From Candidatus Latescibacterota bacterium (GTDB lineage Bacteria > Latescibacterota > UBA2968): 64,000 nucleotides of DNA. This document shows, piece by piece, positions 9,476-20,143 of the stretch. Made by a program: the position numbers and the translations under genes. Positions within the stretch are counted from its first letter, which is position 1. The number at the start of each line of letters is the position of its first letter. The notes under the pieces were generated by a model. That model was not told where the DNA came from, made no database searches, and saw nothing but the letters and a program-made list of their open reading frames with translations. The DNA is taken from the NCBI GenBank assembly GCA_965204375.1, contig OZ241986.1, positions 4,864,001 to 4,928,000 of the forward strand. The letters run 5' to 3'.

Positions 9476-12400
9476 TTACCACCTCACCTGAACGCCAAAT
9501 ATCACCTCGCGCGGCATCTGCCGTTGGTTGTACCAACGCCAGACATCGTCCTCTTCCTCCCGGAATTCGCCAGTGCCATACACGACAAATGGCAACCTGC
9601 CCTGCTCGTGGTATTGCTCCAGGTTGTTGCCCGATGGGAGGCGCAGTTGTTTCTGATTGAAGAGATTGATCACCGTGACATTGATTTCCGTTCGCGCACC
9701 CGGAATAATATTGTCAAATCCCTTCGAGACCATCATGTTGGTATTCCACATGGGTTTCCACCGCCTGTTCAACGGCTCAGTAGATGGATCGCCCGGCGCG
9801 TGGTAGGTGTATTTGAAGCCCTGATTCCAGGTGGAATGCAGGTTCACGTTCCAATCACCCAGAGGTCTCCAACCGCCCACCATCACAGGTCCGAAATTCG
9901 CCGGCGTAAACACCGTAGCCGTCAATTTGGCACTGTTCCGGGGGTTCCAATACGCGTTGTCTCTGCCAGATACCCCCTTGTCCCTGTTGTTGGCGCCGTG
10001 ACGGCTATCTGATCGCGCCTTCTGGCCATCCGGCTGAACGCGATACACATTCCGCAATCCATAGATGCCGGTATTCGAGTAAGACAAATTGTAGTGGAAC
10101 TTGAAGTGGGCATACTGTCGAAAACGGCTATCCATCGTTATTTCCAGCCCGCGCACATCCTGGAAAAACATATTGCCGTTAACCACCAGACTCCCGCTCT
10201 TACCCGGTCCTCTGGACCCCAGGCCGTTAAAATCGGGGAACAAGCGGTGGCCCGTACCGGTATATGTCCCGTAATAGGCGAGAAAACTCTCGTCATTCCT
10301 GAATCCGGCGGCCGTCAGATTCTTGCCATCCTTGTAATACAGGGTCACGTCCAGATTGAGCAATTCGGCGATGTTCTGATCAAAACCGACCTCATACTGG
10401 ATCATTTTTTCGAACTCCAGACCGGGATTTCCGGCACCTGCCCAGTGCGTGTACGAATAGCCGTACTTCTGTCCGTAGTCCGCCGGCAGCGGCGTGAGGA
10501 TGGGATCAGTCTCGGGATAGGGTCTCAACTGCATGAAAGGCGTGTTGGTCATCTTCTGCCACGAAGGCCGCTGATTGAAATGTCCGTACATAAAGTGTAG
10601 CACGGTCTTATCTGTAATGGGATGGGAAATGCCGATTCTGGGCGAAATCGCCCACTGCGTGGGGGTGTGTACTGCAAACTCGTCAGTACTGGAAATATTC
10701 TTATATCCATAGGGATCGCCGATGGATATCTCGCTCTGTTTGACATTGCCCGGCGTGTCCTCATCAATTCGCAGCGGGTCGAAAACATCATCACTGACGT
10801 ATGCGTTGACATTGTACATATCCACCCGCAATCCGGCATTTACGATCATGCCCCGGGTCTCGATCTTATCCTGAATGTAGATCGCACCCTCGTAGGGATT
10901 GGTATCCCGGGCGATCGGATCCGTGACCCAGGCTGTGCTGATATACCCGAAGTGGAAGTACCGATCGAAAAACTGGTAAGATCCGTATAACCCGGCCTTC
11001 AGCTGATGCACTTCATCGACCTGCTTGGTAAAATCGGCCTTGATGGTATAATTATAGGCCTTGGCGTAATCCTGAGCGTGGTCGCCCGGATAGTTGAGGC
11101 CCCAACCGGGAATCCCGGAGATTCTGCCAACGCCGTGAAATGGCAGGCCTCTGGTCAGGCGCTTGTTTTCCTCCTCCACCAGCACTTCGTTCCAGTCAAA
11201 GCCCTTCGAATAGGCGGCGTGGCTGGTCTTCCACAAATTGTCTCGCCTGTAATTGGCCTCGCGGAAATACCAGAAATAGCTCAAATTGACATCCAGAAAT
11301 GTTCTGGGATCAAAAATATGGGTCAGCTTTGCCTGCCCGCTCCACATCCGCACGTATTCGGGTGCTCGAGGCGTCGGACTCGGGGTGCCCTGAGCCACAA
11401 AGGGGAAAAATTTCCAGCTATTGGAGGGATACGCAATATGCGCGCCGCTGCGGTTCTGCCACAAGCCGTTGTCCTCGCTGGAACCGTACAGCGTGCGGAA
11501 CTGATCCGTATTGTTAAACCCGCCGTGCATCCCCTGAAGTTTGACCCTCGAATCCTGAGTGACATCAAAAGTCAGGGAGCCCTGTAAGTTCCATTCCGGG
11601 TTGTAATTCAATGCGGAAGGATACTTGGGAACGCCCTTGTGGTACCTGCCCGAAGCCATAAAAGAAGCCCTATTGGCCAGAGGACCGTAGAGCGTGCCTT
11701 CATATCCGTGCTGCGTGCGTTTGTCGTACTCTTTTAAATCCTGTATCCAGGGCGCAGTCAGATAGTTCATAATCCAGTGCTGCGCCAGAGCCGTATTCAC
11801 GCCATCGCGATTATCGCGAAGACCCTTCTTATACTCGTCTGCCGCAGTGACGTGGCCCGTCCCGAACCAGCCGGGTGGTGGGTGATTATTCCACCAGTCC
11901 GGATTGCTCATCACGCGGTTCTCGTAGCGCTCAGGGCCGTAAATATGCCCGCCCCAGTGATAGATGCCAGCGGGGCGCATTTTGTAATCGAGTGTACTGT
12001 GGACCCTGGTCCTCGATGATTTGGTCACCATATTGATCACAGCGCCATTGGCGCGGCCGTATTCGGCATTGTACCCTCCCGACAGGACCTCCAGTTCCTG
12101 CACCGTGGAAGTGTTGATACCCGTCCAGTTGGAGTTGGACGCACCATCGCGCAACTCCATACCATCTACATAATAGGAAACATCCAGACCGAACCCACCG
12201 CGGATGCCGCCGTTGTAGTTGACGCCCTGCTGTGTATCTACGGCTTGCTTGATATTGGCGACAAAACTCCGGTCGAGTTCGACGGATGACATAACGGCTT
12301 TGCTGCCAGTTAAATCGACTTCGACGGGCGGCCGTTCGGCCACAACGACCATTTCTTCGGCAGCGAGGACCTCTTCTCGGAGGCTAAAGTTCAGGACCGA

Positions 12401-12688
12401 GGTCTGGTCGATTTTCACGCGAACCTCGGTCTGCGTGACATCCTGGTATCCCACCATCGATGCCTTGACGGTATGCAGGCCTGGCGGAACAGCCAGAATG
12501 AAGAACTGTCCGTTCGCATCGGTAGAAGCACCCACCAGAATGCCCTCTACCTGGACGACGACATTTGCACCGGGCAAAGCCTGTCCGGCTGCGTCTTTGA
12601 CGGTCCCGGTAAGTTTACCGGTTGTGCCGGCATATACCATCGATGCCGAACACAAAAAAACGAGAAACGCTATTGCAATCTTTTTCAT
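9476..12688 (-). CDS. TonB-dependent receptor with N-terminal carboxypeptidase-regulatory-like domain
   Basis: Signal peptide, GKLTGTVKD...LPGANV...GYQ domain, plug (IRGG...YYVDG...GGYNAEYG...GAVINMVTK), SPRIGISHPIT, C-terminal PREVIFGVQVRW. Confidence 0.92.
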   Translation of the reverse strand: MKKIAIAFLVFLCSASMVYAGTTGKLTGTVKDAAGQALPGANVVVQVEGILVGASTDANGQFFILAVPPGLHTVKASMVGYQDVTQTEVRVKIDQTSVLNFSLREEVLAAEEMVVVAERPPVEVDLTGSKAVMSSVELDRSFVANIKQAVDTQQGVNYNGGIRGGFGLDVSYYVDGMELRDGASNSNWTGINTSTVQELEVLSGGYNAEYGRANGAVINMVTKSSRTRVHSTLDYKMRPAGIYHWGGHIYGPERYENRVMSNPDWWNNHPPPGWFGTGHVTAADEYKKGLRDNRDGVNTALAQHWIMNYLTAPWIQDLKEYDKRTQHGYEGTLYGPLANRASFMASGRYHKGVPKYPSALNYNPEWNLQGSLTFDVTQDSRVKLQGMHGGFNNTDQFRTLYGSSEDNGLWQNRSGAHIAYPSNSWKFFPFVAQGTPSPTPRAPEYVRMWSGQAKLTHIFDPRTFLDVNLSYFWYFREANYRRDNLWKTSHAAYSKGFDWNEVLVEEENKRLTRGLPFHGVGRISGIPGWGLNYPGDHAQDYAKAYNYTIKADFTKQVDEVHQLKAGLYGSYQFFDRYFHFGYISTAWVTDPIARDTNPYEGAIYIQDKIETRGMIVNAGLRVDMYNVNAYVSDDVFDPLRIDEDTPGNVKQSEISIGDPYGYKNISSTDEFAVHTPTQWAISPRIGISHPITDKTVLHFMYGHFNQRPSWQKMTNTPFMQLRPYPETDPILTPLPADYGQKYGYSYTHWAGAGNPGLEFEKMIQYEVGFDQNIAELLNLDVTLYYKDGKNLTAAGFRNDESFLAYYGTYTGTGHRLFPDFNGLGSRGPGKSGSLVVNGNMFFQDVRGLEITMDSRFRQYAHFKFHYNLSYSNTGIYGLRNVYRVQPDGQKARSDSRHGANNRDKGVSGRDNAYWNPRNSAKLTATVFTPANFGPVMVGGWRPLGDWNVNLHSTWNQGFKYTYHAPGDPSTEPLNRRWKPMWNTNMMVSKGFDNIIPGARTEINVTVINLFNQKQLRLPSGNNLEQYHEQGRLPFVVYGTGEFREEEDDVWRWYNQRQMPREVIFGVQVRW

Positions 12689-12812
12689 AAGATTTCCTCC
12701 TTAAAAAATTAAAAATAAGTAACACATATATATACTGAAGAATACCTTATGTTACTTTAATGCGTTATAAAAAGCATCCAAAACTGTATAAAATTAATGA
12801 TAGCACGCCAAC

Positions 12813-12841
12813 AATATATTTCACATTATTACGCAATGCAA
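12813..12841 (-). promoter_or_regulatory. Putative sigma70 promoter for the TonB receptor operon
   Basis: Minus strand TTGCAT, 17 bp, TATATT within the AT-rich 320-bp divergent region. Confidence 0.5.
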
Positions 12842-13011
12842 GAGTTTTATTAATCTATTACATAAGGAAATAAACAGTTGTAATTGTAGTAAAATTTACA
12901 GATATTGGCGCTGGTCCTCTGGATTTCCTTTGCATAAATCACAGCTATCAGCGTATCCTGAGCCATACCTGGTATGCGCTATCGCAGGAGATACGCTTCT
13001 TTTTTCTAATT

Positions 13012-14994
13012 ATGGCTCAACCTTCTGAATCGCTGAGACACACCGCCGCGATTGACCCGTCTGAATCCCAGGGCGTGCGCAAGCAAGTCTGGCTGGTAGC
13101 GGGCATCACACTAATCCTCGCATGCGTGATGGCGACGTATGTGGAGATGAAACCTCGCACCGTGCGAATGGGAATGGCCACATTGCCAATGGCCGTGCTA
13201 TTTCCATTTGTCTTCTGGCTGCTGGGCAACAGCCTGCTCAAACGGTTCTGGCCCGGAGTATCGCTGTCTTCGGGGGAACTCCGCTTATTGTTTTGCACCC
13301 TGTGGGTAGGCGGGGTATTTCCGGGCACCAACTGGGCCACGGCCTGGGCGGGGCGGGTAGGGGCGGCGCGGTATTTCGCATCTGCGGAAAACCGATGGCA
13401 GGAATTGATCTTTGACAATTTGCCCTGGTGGATGTTTTTGACGGACTCGCCCGGTGTCCTGCGGGGATTTTACGAAGGATTGGAATACGGCGAAGCCGTA
13501 CCGTGGGCCGCGTGGGTAGCGCCAGCCTTCTGGGCTATGTCGGCTGCGCTGGCGATAACGGGCATTGGACTGGGACTGACGGCGATTTTTCAAAAACAGT
13601 GGGCGCGGCACGAGCGACTGGCTTTTCCCCTGGCAGAAGTGGCGCATGAACTGACCGCCGGGTTTGACCGGCGCCGGGGGTGGCCGCCATTTATGCGCAC
13701 CTGGGCGTTCTGGGTGGGGTTTTTTATTGCGGCCCTGCCGGAACTGTGGGATATGGTATCGTGGTTTGTGCCGGATTTTCCCCGCAACGAACTCTGGGCA
13801 ATCCACCAGCGGAGATTGATCGACATATCGCGGCATTTGTCGCCCAATACGCTTCAGGTTCGCCTGCTACCCAACTTGATGGGATTTACGTTTTTGTGCA
13901 ACTTAGACATCCTCTTCGGGATATGGTCGGTCTATGCGATAGCAATGACAGCGCTATATGGGATGAACCGCACGGGCTTTTCCATCGGACTGGCCGGGCA
14001 AACAGCCGATGGCGCAGAAATTCTGAATATTTTTACCAGCGGAGCGATGGTAGGACTGGTGGTATGGGCCGTGTGGGTAGCACGAGGACACTTGAAGCGG
14101 GTATTCCAGCAGGTGCGGACATCGGTACCAGGGGAAGAGGCCGAAACAGCGATACTCTCGCCCCGGATGGCATTGGCTATCCTGTTGGGGAGCCTTTTGT
14201 ATTTGTTCTTCTGGGTAATGCACGCGGGGTACGAACCGCATCTGGCACTCCTGTGGGTAGGGCTATTTGCGATGGGGCTATTTGCGGCAATGAAGTTTTT
14301 GGCAGCCAGTGGATTTCCCTACATTTACCCCCCCTTTCCCGCGAACAGCCTGAGTCTGCTGGGCACGCGGGGATTTTCGGAATCATCACTGGTGGGACAG
14401 GGCCTGGTGAACAACCATCTGCTGGCTGGCTGGCGGGTGCCACAGGCCATCCCCCATGTGGCCAGGCTTCGGGAAGGCATCCGGAACACATCGGGATTGA
14501 TCTGGGGCGGGGTAATTTTAGGCATGCTGGTCACCATTATATACGCAGTCTGGCTGTGTTATCAGTTCGGCGGGATTCACATGGACGAGTGGTTGATGCG
14601 GCGGGCGCCCCGAAGCACCCTCAACCGCATTGCCGGCGAAGTGGCCAATACGCAGCGCCCAGTATTTGACCTGGCCAAAGCCACGACCTGGATTTTAGGG
14701 GGTATGGTAGCCGTACTATTTGGACTCTTACAGGCGCGATTGCCCTGGTGGCCCGCGCATCCATTGGGACTGATGCTATTTACGCTATATCCGATTCGCG
14801 TGTACATGCTGAATATCTTCCTCGTGTGGCTGGCCAAGTTTATCGTTTTGCGATTCGGAGGGATTCAGCTTTACCGACGACTCAAACCGGCCTGCTATGG
14901 TCTAATTGTGGGATTTATTTTATCGTTGGCTGTGGGGGCATTAATCGATTTTATCTGGTTCCCGGAACAGGGACATTTGATTCACAGTTGGTGA
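13012..14994 (+). CDS. DUF6785/DUF6784-type multi-pass inner-membrane protein (putative transporter), copy 1
   Basis: Many hydrophobic segments. QKQWARHERLAFPL, WWPAHPLG and KFIVLRFGGIQLYRRLKP...GLIVG motifs. Confidence 0.75.
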   Translation: MAQPSESLRHTAAIDPSESQGVRKQVWLVAGITLILACVMATYVEMKPRTVRMGMATLPMAVLFPFVFWLLGNSLLKRFWPGVSLSSGELRLLFCTLWVGGVFPGTNWATAWAGRVGAARYFASAENRWQELIFDNLPWWMFLTDSPGVLRGFYEGLEYGEAVPWAAWVAPAFWAMSAALAITGIGLGLTAIFQKQWARHERLAFPLAEVAHELTAGFDRRRGWPPFMRTWAFWVGFFIAALPELWDMVSWFVPDFPRNELWAIHQRRLIDISRHLSPNTLQVRLLPNLMGFTFLCNLDILFGIWSVYAIAMTALYGMNRTGFSIGLAGQTADGAEILNIFTSGAMVGLVVWAVWVARGHLKRVFQQVRTSVPGEEAETAILSPRMALAILLGSLLYLFFWVMHAGYEPHLALLWVGLFAMGLFAAMKFLAASGFPYIYPPFPANSLSLLGTRGFSESSLVGQGLVNNHLLAGWRVPQAIPHVARLREGIRNTSGLIWGGVILGMLVTIIYAVWLCYQFGGIHMDEWLMRRAPRSTLNRIAGEVANTQRPVFDLAKATTWILGGMVAVLFGLLQARLPWWPAHPLGLMLFTLYPIRVYMLNIFLVWLAKFIVLRFGGIQLYRRLKPACYGLIVGFILSLAVGALIDFIWFPEQGHLIHSW

Positions 14995-15032
14995 TTTCGA
15001 CCCGTATCTGCACCCAGCGCTGGAGGTAAGCC

Positions 15033-16397
15033 ATGAAACTCTATTATGTGGTCTGGTTTACAATCGTTCCGGCCGTACTCATCCATCTGTCGGGTATCTC
15101 GCCCGTTTGGGCACAGGATATTCCAGACCCGTCATTGAAAGACCCTGGGATATTGCAGATTGTTGTGGAAACAACGGGGTTTCGAGGCCCAGAGGGATTC
15201 ACACGGGTAGATATCTGTACGGTCGTAGATGCCCAGTCGCTCCAATTTGTACCCCAAGAAGACGCATTTGTAGCTCAGTTGCAGTATGCAGTGACCCTAT
15301 CGGATTCGACCGGGCAAAAGGTAAAAGTCAAAACGTGGACGCAGAATATCTCAGTTCCAGATATGAACGCACCCCGACAAGCAGGTGCCGTGGTTCGGGA
15401 GATAGTGGGACTGGACCTGTCCCCAAAAACGTATCGGTTCAAGTTGTCAGCCGAGGATATTTACAGCGGAAAAACGGGGATTCTTGAGACATGGCTCCAG
15501 GTGCGAAATTTTGATCGAAAGGACCTGTTGATCAGCGACCTGTTATTTGCCACAAAAATCACGCCACAAGAGGAAGCCGGAAAATTTGTAAAAAACGGGT
15601 GGAATATAGTACCCAATGTCAGCCATCGGTACCGGGTGGGCGAGCCTGTGCGCGTTTATTTTGAAATTTACAATTTGAAACGCCAAAAAGACCAATCTGC
15701 AGAGCCGCTGATTCTGGGATACAGCTTTACCGACTCGTCCGGAATGCAGGTAAAAAAACTTCCTTCCCGCCGGATTCGGGTATCGGGAGAGAGCTTTGTC
15801 AAGACAGAGACAATCGAGACAGACGGACTAAATGCGGGCGTCTATTTTTTTCAAGTGGAGGCATTTGACCGGGGCACCCGAGAGCATGTGCGACAGCGCA
15901 GAGCGATCTTCCTATTTTCCGATGAGTTGAGTGATGAAGCGCAGGATCAACTCCGATATTTTAAGGACATCCGGTACATAGCATCGAGCAAGGACCTCAA
16001 CAGCTATGCAGCGCTGACCACCGAAGCGGAACGCATGGACTTCTTAAAAGCATTCTGGAGAAAAATGGATCCAACGCCCGGCACGCCATTGAACGAGCGA
16101 CTGCGAGAACACATGACGCGGGTACAGTTTGCAGATGAACACTTCGGGTCAGAAGCTCATAAACGGGGGTCAGATACGGACAAGGGCCGCGTGTACATCA
16201 AATACGGCCCGCCCGACGATCGGGACTTCGAACAGTCATCAGACAATTTTGCAGGCGCAATAGAGAAATGGACTTACGATCGATCAAAGCGGTATCTCTT
16301 CGTATTTCAAGACCGGCGGCGCTACGGCGTGTATGAGTTGATACACTCGACAATGCCGGGAGAACTGTACAACCCGAACTGGAAAGAGAGTCAATAG
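15033..16397 (+). CDS. GWxTD domain-containing protein
   Basis: Signal peptide. FWRKMDPTPGTPLNE...EHMTRVQFADEHF...GSDTDKGRVYIKYGPPD...EKWTY. N-terminal Ig-like ISDLLFA/VPN/VYFEIYNL module. Confidence 0.85.
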   Translation: MKLYYVVWFTIVPAVLIHLSGISPVWAQDIPDPSLKDPGILQIVVETTGFRGPEGFTRVDICTVVDAQSLQFVPQEDAFVAQLQYAVTLSDSTGQKVKVKTWTQNISVPDMNAPRQAGAVVREIVGLDLSPKTYRFKLSAEDIYSGKTGILETWLQVRNFDRKDLLISDLLFATKITPQEEAGKFVKNGWNIVPNVSHRYRVGEPVRVYFEIYNLKRQKDQSAEPLILGYSFTDSSGMQVKKLPSRRIRVSGESFVKTETIETDGLNAGVYFFQVEAFDRGTREHVRQRRAIFLFSDELSDEAQDQLRYFKDIRYIASSKDLNSYAALTTEAERMDFLKAFWRKMDPTPGTPLNERLREHMTRVQFADEHFGSEAHKRGSDTDKGRVYIKYGPPDDRDFEQSSDNFAGAIEKWTYDRSKRYLFVFQDRRRYGVYELIHSTMPGELYNPNWKESQ

Positions 16398-16402
16398 AGA
16401 AC

Positions 16403-18250
16403 ATGGCTAAAAATCAGAACGCAGCAGCACTTGCAGACCAGAGCTTGACCGCGGAAACCATCTCCGAAATTCCGGATTGGCGCCACATTGCAAACGGCCG
16501 GGAAATTCCCAGCAAAGGATATTGCGATCAGCCCTATGTGGTAAAAACGGACGACGGAGCTTGGCTATGTGTTATGACAACGGGAACGGGCAGAGAAGGC
16601 GCGCACGGGCAGCACGTCGTATCAGCGCGCAGTACCGACAGAGGACAGACCTGGGCGGATCTAGTCGATGTGGAGCCTGCACACGGACCTGAAGCCTCGT
16701 ATGCCGTGGTACTAAAGGTCCCGTACGGACGAATATACGTATTTTACAATCACAATACAGACAACGTCCGGAAAGTGAAAGGAGACAATCCACCTTATAG
16801 AGACGGATATTGTACCCGGGTAGATTCGCTGGGACATTTTGTGTTTAAATACAGCGACGATCACGGGCGAACCTGGTCGGCGCAACGCTACCCGATTGCG
16901 GTGCGGGAAATGGCGATCGACCGGGAGAATGCGGACGGGGGCAAACTGCGGTATTTCTGGAACGTAGGCAAAGCGATAGCCGACGGTCGGGCCGCGTACG
17001 TATCGCTGCACAAAGTGGGAGGATTCGGAATGGGATTCTTCACCCGTTCGGAAGGCGTACTCTTGAAAAGCGAAAATCTCCTGACAGAACAGGACCCACA
17101 GAAAATCGCCTGGGAAACGCTTCCGGATGGCGATGCAGGACTGCGGACGCCACCGGGGGGCGGTCCAGTCTCCGAAGAACACAGCTACAGCCGCTTGAGC
17201 GACGGGTCATTTTACAGCGTGTACCGTTCAATTGATGGGTACCCGGTATGCGCGTACAGCCGGGACAACGGACACACATGGACAGAACCGGCGTATCAGT
17301 GCTTTGCAGACGGACGACCCATGAAACATCCGAGAGCGGCTAATTTCGCGTGGCAATGCGAAAATGGAAAATTTCTCTACTGGTTTCACAACCACGGGGG
17401 GCGGTTTATCGGAGAACACCCGGACCGGCGCTCAATATCTTATCAGGACCGCAACCCGGTGTGGTTGTGCGGCGGGGTCGAAGCAGACGCGCCAGAGGGC
17501 CGGATAATCCAGTGGTCACAACCAGAAATCGCGCTTTATGACGACGACCCGTACATCCGCATGAGCTATCCAGACCTGGTGGAAGACGGCGGTAAGTATT
17601 ATCTTACGGAAACCCAGAAGGATATTGCCCGCGTACACGAACTGGACACCACACTCCTGAAGGGATTGTGGGAACAGGCTGAAAATACGGAAATAGCTCC
17701 CGAAGGTCGCGTACTGGATTTACCCAGACCAGAGCCGGGCGAGGTAAAAATGCCGGAACTGCCGGCATTCAACGAGCGAGACAGCGCCAGCCCTTATGCA
17801 ACGCGAGACCTGAGACAGGGCTTTACCCTTGATCTGTGGTTAAGACTGCCATCACTGGATACTGGACAAATACTGCTGGACAGCAGGCTGGAGAACGGAC
17901 AGGGAATGTGCGTGCAGACCACAGAGCGAGGCACAATCGAAATCGTCTTAAACGACGGGCGAACCGAGAACCGGTGGGACTGCGATTCCGGTTATCTGCG
18001 CGCGGGCGAACAGCACCACATTGCGGCGATTGTAGATGGCGGCCCTAAAATCATCACATTTGTGGTAGATGGCAAACTCTGCGATGGAGGTGCGAATCGC
18101 CAATTTGGCTGGGGGCGGTTCAGTCCGAATCTAAGACACGCCAACGGGGCCGAAACGCTTCGAATCGGTCCCGGACTTCAATCTCTGCGGATTTACAACC
18201 GGTACTTGCGCACATCGGAAGCCATTGGCAATTTTCACGCAGGTCCATGA
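16403..18250 (+). CDS. Sialidase/BNR-repeat beta-propeller with C-terminal LamG-like domain
   Basis: Asp-boxes STDRGQTW, SDDHGRTW, SRDNGHTW. SYPD. LamG-like HHIAAIVDG...FVVDGKL...LRIYNRYL. Confidence 0.8.
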   Translation: MAKNQNAAALADQSLTAETISEIPDWRHIANGREIPSKGYCDQPYVVKTDDGAWLCVMTTGTGREGAHGQHVVSARSTDRGQTWADLVDVEPAHGPEASYAVVLKVPYGRIYVFYNHNTDNVRKVKGDNPPYRDGYCTRVDSLGHFVFKYSDDHGRTWSAQRYPIAVREMAIDRENADGGKLRYFWNVGKAIADGRAAYVSLHKVGGFGMGFFTRSEGVLLKSENLLTEQDPQKIAWETLPDGDAGLRTPPGGGPVSEEHSYSRLSDGSFYSVYRSIDGYPVCAYSRDNGHTWTEPAYQCFADGRPMKHPRAANFAWQCENGKFLYWFHNHGGRFIGEHPDRRSISYQDRNPVWLCGGVEADAPEGRIIQWSQPEIALYDDDPYIRMSYPDLVEDGGKYYLTETQKDIARVHELDTTLLKGLWEQAENTEIAPEGRVLDLPRPEPGEVKMPELPAFNERDSASPYATRDLRQGFTLDLWLRLPSLDTGQILLDSRLENGQGMCVQTTERGTIEIVLNDGRTENRWDCDSGYLRAGEQHHIAAIVDGGPKIITFVVDGKLCDGGANRQFGWGRFSPNLRHANGAETLRIGPGLQSLRIYNRYLRTSEAIGNFHAGP

Positions 18251-19035
18251 GGGAGACTATAAACATGGAAATGACCCCTGAAAAAAAAGCGTTTTTCAAA
18301 GCACACGGCTATCTCAAGATAGAAGGCGTGATTCCAGAGCCTATGGTGGCACAGGCAGTAAAAAAAATCAACCATCAACTGGGCAGCGAAGGCATGGTTC
18401 CGGGAGGAGACTATCCGCTCACGCTGTACAATGGGTATTACTCACACAAAAACCATCCGGATCCATTCTACGCCAGCCTGGTAAATGAGACGCCGATCTT
18501 CGAGATAGCCGAATCCCTGATGGGAAAAGGGAAACTCCGACCAATTGGAAGCGGACAGATCGCATTGCCGTTTCCGAAGATGGAAGACCGGGCGTCGGTA
18601 ATGCTATCGGGACACATCGACGGGATGGGTGGCAAAAAAACCAAAGTGCCCGAAGGAGAATTCTGGCGAAATTTTACCGCTATTTGCGTGGTAATACTGT
18701 CGGACTTGCCCGAACCGTATATGGGCAATTTTACGGTATGGCCGGGATCCCACCGCTATCTGGAATCGTATTTTCGAACAAACGGACACAGCCAGTTATT
18801 CCAGGACTTGCCCAAACTGAGAAAAGAATTGCCCCACGGGCCGGTGCAGATCACCGGAAAGGCGGGAGATGCGGTACTGGTACATCACCAGATGGTACAC
18901 GCGGCTGGCCCCAATCTATCGCCGCATATCCGGTATGCAGTGATCTTCCGTCTAAACCATGTGGATATCCAGAAAAACGGGACAGAAGTACTGACAGATA
19001 TCTGGCGAGAATTTGAAGGCGTGAGGGGACTCTGA
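18247..19035 (+). CDS. Phytanoyl-CoA dioxygenase (PhyH) family Fe/2-OG dioxygenase
   Basis: FKAHGYL, HID, VWPGSH, GDAVLVH...HAAGPN...R. Confidence 0.85.
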   Translation: MRETINMEMTPEKKAFFKAHGYLKIEGVIPEPMVAQAVKKINHQLGSEGMVPGGDYPLTLYNGYYSHKNHPDPFYASLVNETPIFEIAESLMGKGKLRPIGSGQIALPFPKMEDRASVMLSGHIDGMGGKKTKVPEGEFWRNFTAICVVILSDLPEPYMGNFTVWPGSHRYLESYFRTNGHSQLFQDLPKLRKELPHGPVQITGKAGDAVLVHHQMVHAAGPNLSPHIRYAVIFRLNHVDIQKNGTEVLTDIWREFEGVRGL

Positions 19036-19048
19036 TATGAGGGGAACT

Positions 19049-20143
19049 ATGGATCGAAAGAGATCGATCAACATAGCCGTAATAGGCGCGGGAAACATCG
19101 CCACGCGGCACCTGGAAAACCTCGCATTTCTCGGTGGCAATCGCATCGCCGCGATATGCGACCTGGACGAAGATCTGGCGCGCGCCAAAGCCGCTACTTA
19201 CGGGGCGCAAGCATACACAGATTGGGAAAAGGTCTTTGAAGAAGTCGAGAACCTGGGCGCGATACTCATCTGCACGCCTCCCGTTCTTCGCAAACCAGTC
19301 ATACAGGCCGCCGTGCAGAACAACGTGCCCTTCCTCTGCGAAAAACCCCCCGCCCAATCCCTGCGAGAAGCGCGCGAAATCGTCGCACTCCTTCGGGGTA
19401 CGAATCTGGTACACAGCGTCGGCTTCAACCAGCGTTACGCGCCTTCTGTAGATCGATGCCTGGAGCTATTGGAAGGCAGGCAGATCAGCCTGGTAGATGC
19501 CGCGGTAATCACCAATCCGGGATTGACCCGCAATCTCGGAGCCGACTGGTTTTACCTCAAAGAAAAAGGCGGATCGCTATTCGACAACACCATCCACACC
19601 CTCGATGTAATCCGCTATATCGCAGGTGATATTGACACAGTACACGCTCTTGGCAGCAACCTCACGATACCCATCAGCGACAGTTTCACCATCGAAGACA
19701 GCATGTCGATCAACCTCCAGTTCTCCTCCGGAGCGATCGGCAGTGTCCTCCTCTCCTGGGCCTGCGCACAAAGGCGGAATGACCTCACCTTCTTCGGCAG
19801 AGATATTCGGCTTTCGCTCTCCACCATCCCCCCCAGAATAGAAGGTCTGATCGGAGCACCGGATGAAAAAGCCAAAAGCATATCCGAACAATTTCCGCAG
19901 GGACCGGCCATGGGGCGAAGCGGCGAAATCCACCCCAACAGACAACCGCAAGATCCACCCGACCCCCCACATTTTGAAGAACTCAAAGTATTTCTGGACG
20001 CCATCCGCAATCCGTCATCGACTTCTGCGATCCGATCGGATTTTGCAGATGCGGCTCGCACCACAGCACTGCTACACGCCATCGAAGCTTCCATAGCCAG
20101 CGGAAATGTAGAAAAGGTGCCTTTGATTGAAGGAACGCCATGA
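19049..20143 (+). CDS. Gfo/Idh/MocA family oxidoreductase
   Basis: IAVIGAGNIA Rossmann motif, ICTPP, CEKPP, VGFNQRY, GGSLFDNTIH. Confidence 0.9.
   Translation: MDRKRSINIAVIGAGNIATRHLENLAFLGGNRIAAICDLDEDLARAKAATYGAQAYTDWEKVFEEVENLGAILICTPPVLRKPVIQAAVQNNVPFLCEKPPAQSLREAREIVALLRGTNLVHSVGFNQRYAPSVDRCLELLEGRQISLVDAAVITNPGLTRNLGADWFYLKEKGGSLFDNTIHTLDVIRYIAGDIDTVHALGSNLTIPISDSFTIEDSMSINLQFSSGAIGSVLLSWACAQRRNDLTFFGRDIRLSLSTIPPRIEGLIGAPDEKAKSISEQFPQGPAMGRSGEIHPNRQPQDPPDPPHFEELKVFLDAIRNPSSTSAIRSDFADAARTTALLHAIEASIASGNVEKVPLIEGTP

Noticed and set aside
12689-13011. Riboswitch or sRNA upstream of the TonB receptor
   Set aside because: The region is AT-rich with no cobalamin or TPP consensus or stable GC stems visible. 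An Rfam/Infernal scan would be needed.
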